Origin: Vezdaea acicularis
Lineage: Eukaryota
NCBI GenBank assembly: GCA_026025075.1
Contig: JAPEUI010000001.1
Span: 124,001 to 188,000 of the forward strand
DNA: 64,000 nucleotides
Direction of reading: 5' to 3'
Shown: positions 62,101 through 64,000 of the stretch, in pieces
Numbering within the stretch: position 1 is the stretch's first letter
Layout of the letters: each line of letters starts with the position of its first letter
Position numbers and translations under genes: made by a program
Notes under the pieces: model-generated
What the model was told of the DNA's origin: nothing
Seen by the model: the letters and a program-made list of their open reading frames with translations, nothing else
Databases searched by the model: none

Positions 62101-64000
62101 ATTGGCTATGTTGTTGACGGTATTAAGAGTTGATAGGTGCTCTGACCCCAGGACTTTCTCTTTTCCCTCCAATGCCTTGCTATACAAAGCCTCAGCCTCA
62201 TCTAGCTTGCCTGTGCTGCTATATAAGTTGGCCAAATTGCTGATGGTGTAAAGGGTTGACGGGTGTTCATGTCCCAGGGCCCTCTCCTGTCTAGCCAATG
62301 CTCTCAAGTACAAGGCCTCAGCCTCATCCAGCTTGCCAGTGTCGCTATATAAGTTGGCCAAATTACTGATGGTATTAAGAGTTGACGGGTGCTCTGGCCC
62401 CAACGCTTTCTCTTTTCCCTCCAATGTCCTGCTATACAAGGCCTCAGCCTCATCCAGTTTGCCTCGACTGCTATATAAGTTGGCCAGATTGCTGATTGTG
62501 TTAAGGGTTGACGGGTGTTCACGTCCCAAGGCCTTCTCCTCTCCAGCCAATGCTCTCAAGTACAAGATTTCGGCATCAGCTAACCTGCCTTCTTGATGAT
62601 ACAAGCTGGCAAGATTATTGAGGGTACTGAGGGTTGATCCGTGCTCTGGCCCCAGCGCTGCTATATATCCATTTGATGCTCGCTGGTACAAAGGTTCGGC
62701 CTTTGTAAGCTCGCCTCTCTCACTATAAAGATTGGCCAGGTTGTTGACAGTATTGAGTGTTGATGTGTGCTCCGACCCCAAGGCCTTCTCTTTCCCTGCT
62801 ATCACTCTTAGATACATACTTTCTGCCTCTTGTAGCCTGCCTTTCTTAGTATACAAGCTAGCTAGATTGTGGACTACTTCCAGCGTCGACGTATGTTCAG
62901 GCCCTAAAGCCTTCTCCAGTCCATCTAATGCTCGTATATCCATATACTCGGCCTCATCCAGCATGCCTTGATCGGCATATATATTGCCCAAATTACCCGC
63001 TGTGATGAGGGTTGACGGATGTTCCGGCCCTACTGCTTCTTCGTATCCGGCTAGTGCTCGCCTATACATCGCCTCAGCTTCGGCCAACCTACCTTCGTTA
63101 CTATAAAGCAAGCCAAGATTATTGATTGTCTCAAGCTCTGGAATATGAGCCGGATCCGCTAAATTCTTAAGCCCAGCCAGTACCAGGAGTAGCAGTGATT
63201 CGGCGTCTCGCCATTTGCCTTGGGCTGTATATAATGCTCCTAGGTTGTTTATCGTACGGAGCGTTGATGGGTGCTCCGGCCCTAACTTTTGTTTGAATCC
63301 TTTCAAGGCTTGTTGAAACATGGATTCAGCATCTACAAGCTTGCCTTGTGAATTATACAGAAGACCCAGGTCATCCATTGTATGTAGCGTCGATGGGTTA
63401 TCAGGTCCAAGAACCCTTTCCTTTTCGTTCAACGCGAGTTGATACATTTTCTCAGCCTCCTTTAGCTTTCCCTGGTCATGATATAGCCTGCCTAAAACGT
63501 GAAAAGATTCTCCACTAGACGGAGTTCTCACTTGATAGCTATCATCAACCTGTACCTCCATAAATAACTTTAAACAGCGGCTAGCATGGGGCAAAAGTCG
63601 TCGCTTTAGTGCATAGCTATTTGTATTTAGCTCTGTCGGTACCAATGAGCATATACAGCTAAGCGCTAGACAGATCATGGAATGATCGAGTTTGCTGTTG
63701 AGGGCGTTCAATGTCCAGTCGTGAAGAAGGGAATGCATACCAAATCCACCAGAGTGATTTGGTCCATTGATAAGACCGAAGTTATGAAGGTTCTTTATCG
63801 TTCTCATGAATGTGCTTTTGGATTGAGCTATAGTCTTCATCCACTCCGGAACATCTTCTGTCCCTGCAGCTAAGAGGTCAAACCAAACGTCTTGATTGTC
63901 GAAGTACGCCCAGAGTCGCAGTAGTTGTACGGCCGCTTTATCTTGCTGACGCAAGAGATTAAGTGACATGTTCCAAGTTCCATAGAGTGGGACTTCACAG
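59187..64000 (-). CDS. Fungal NLR-like protein (end of NB-ARC/NACHT region + 15 TPR) fused to a large uncharacterised C-terminal domain; 5' end outside the window
   Basis: Frame is open to the window edge (LYGTWNMSL..LLRLWAYFDNQDVWFDLL..MHSLLHDW..RRLLPHA, typical of the region after a fungal NB-ARC). 42-aa TPR repeats follow. Intron 61115-61190 (GTAAGT...CTGAT...TAG) joins ORF 61129-63969 in frame to ORF 59187-61286. Confidence 0.85.
61137..61152. repeat. (CA)8 microsatellite inside the NLR intron
   Basis: Read directly from the sequence; it explains the VCVCV seen in both overlapping ORF translations. Confidence 0.9.
61612..63501 (-). repeat. Array of 15 x 126-nt TPR-encoding repeats
   Basis: Consensus xNLANLYSxQGKLDEAEALYxRALxGKEKALGPEHPSTLNTI; units 9-14 are also similar at DNA level. 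Confidence 0.95.

Overview
Intron-containing genomic DNA from a filamentous ascomycete (Pezizomycotina), judged from short GT-AG introns with CTRAY branch points and the gene content. About 21 protein-coding genes, mostly housekeeping: CTF18, BMS1, PAB1, mitochondrial uS7 (RSM7), carnitine acetyltransferase (CAT2/acuJ type), GYP8-like TBC GAP, SulP transporter, Whi5/Nrm1-family regulator, Zn2Cys6 factor, Usp protein, nitronate monooxygenase, TPP-dependent enzyme, cupin and AIG2-like protein. Manual translation and splicing recovered two genes absent from the ORF track: a 102-aa stand-alone dsRNA-binding-domain protein (34932-35362) and a membrane protein running off the left edge. The most unusual item is at the right edge, where two ORF-track entries join through a 76-nt intron into one NLR-like gene whose 15 TPR repeats are followed by about 780 aa of uncharacterised sequence. 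Other oddities: a TT-AG intron and an intron splitting the start codon in the TPP-enzyme gene, a possible spliced uORF ending in an AUGA stop/start overlap, a 31-bp perfect inverted repeat, a tandem repeat with compensatory dyad changes, and a duplicated 10-bp-phased CACGTG array. No tRNA, rRNA, CRISPR array or transposase was recognised. All family calls come from motif recognition by eye; no database search was run.
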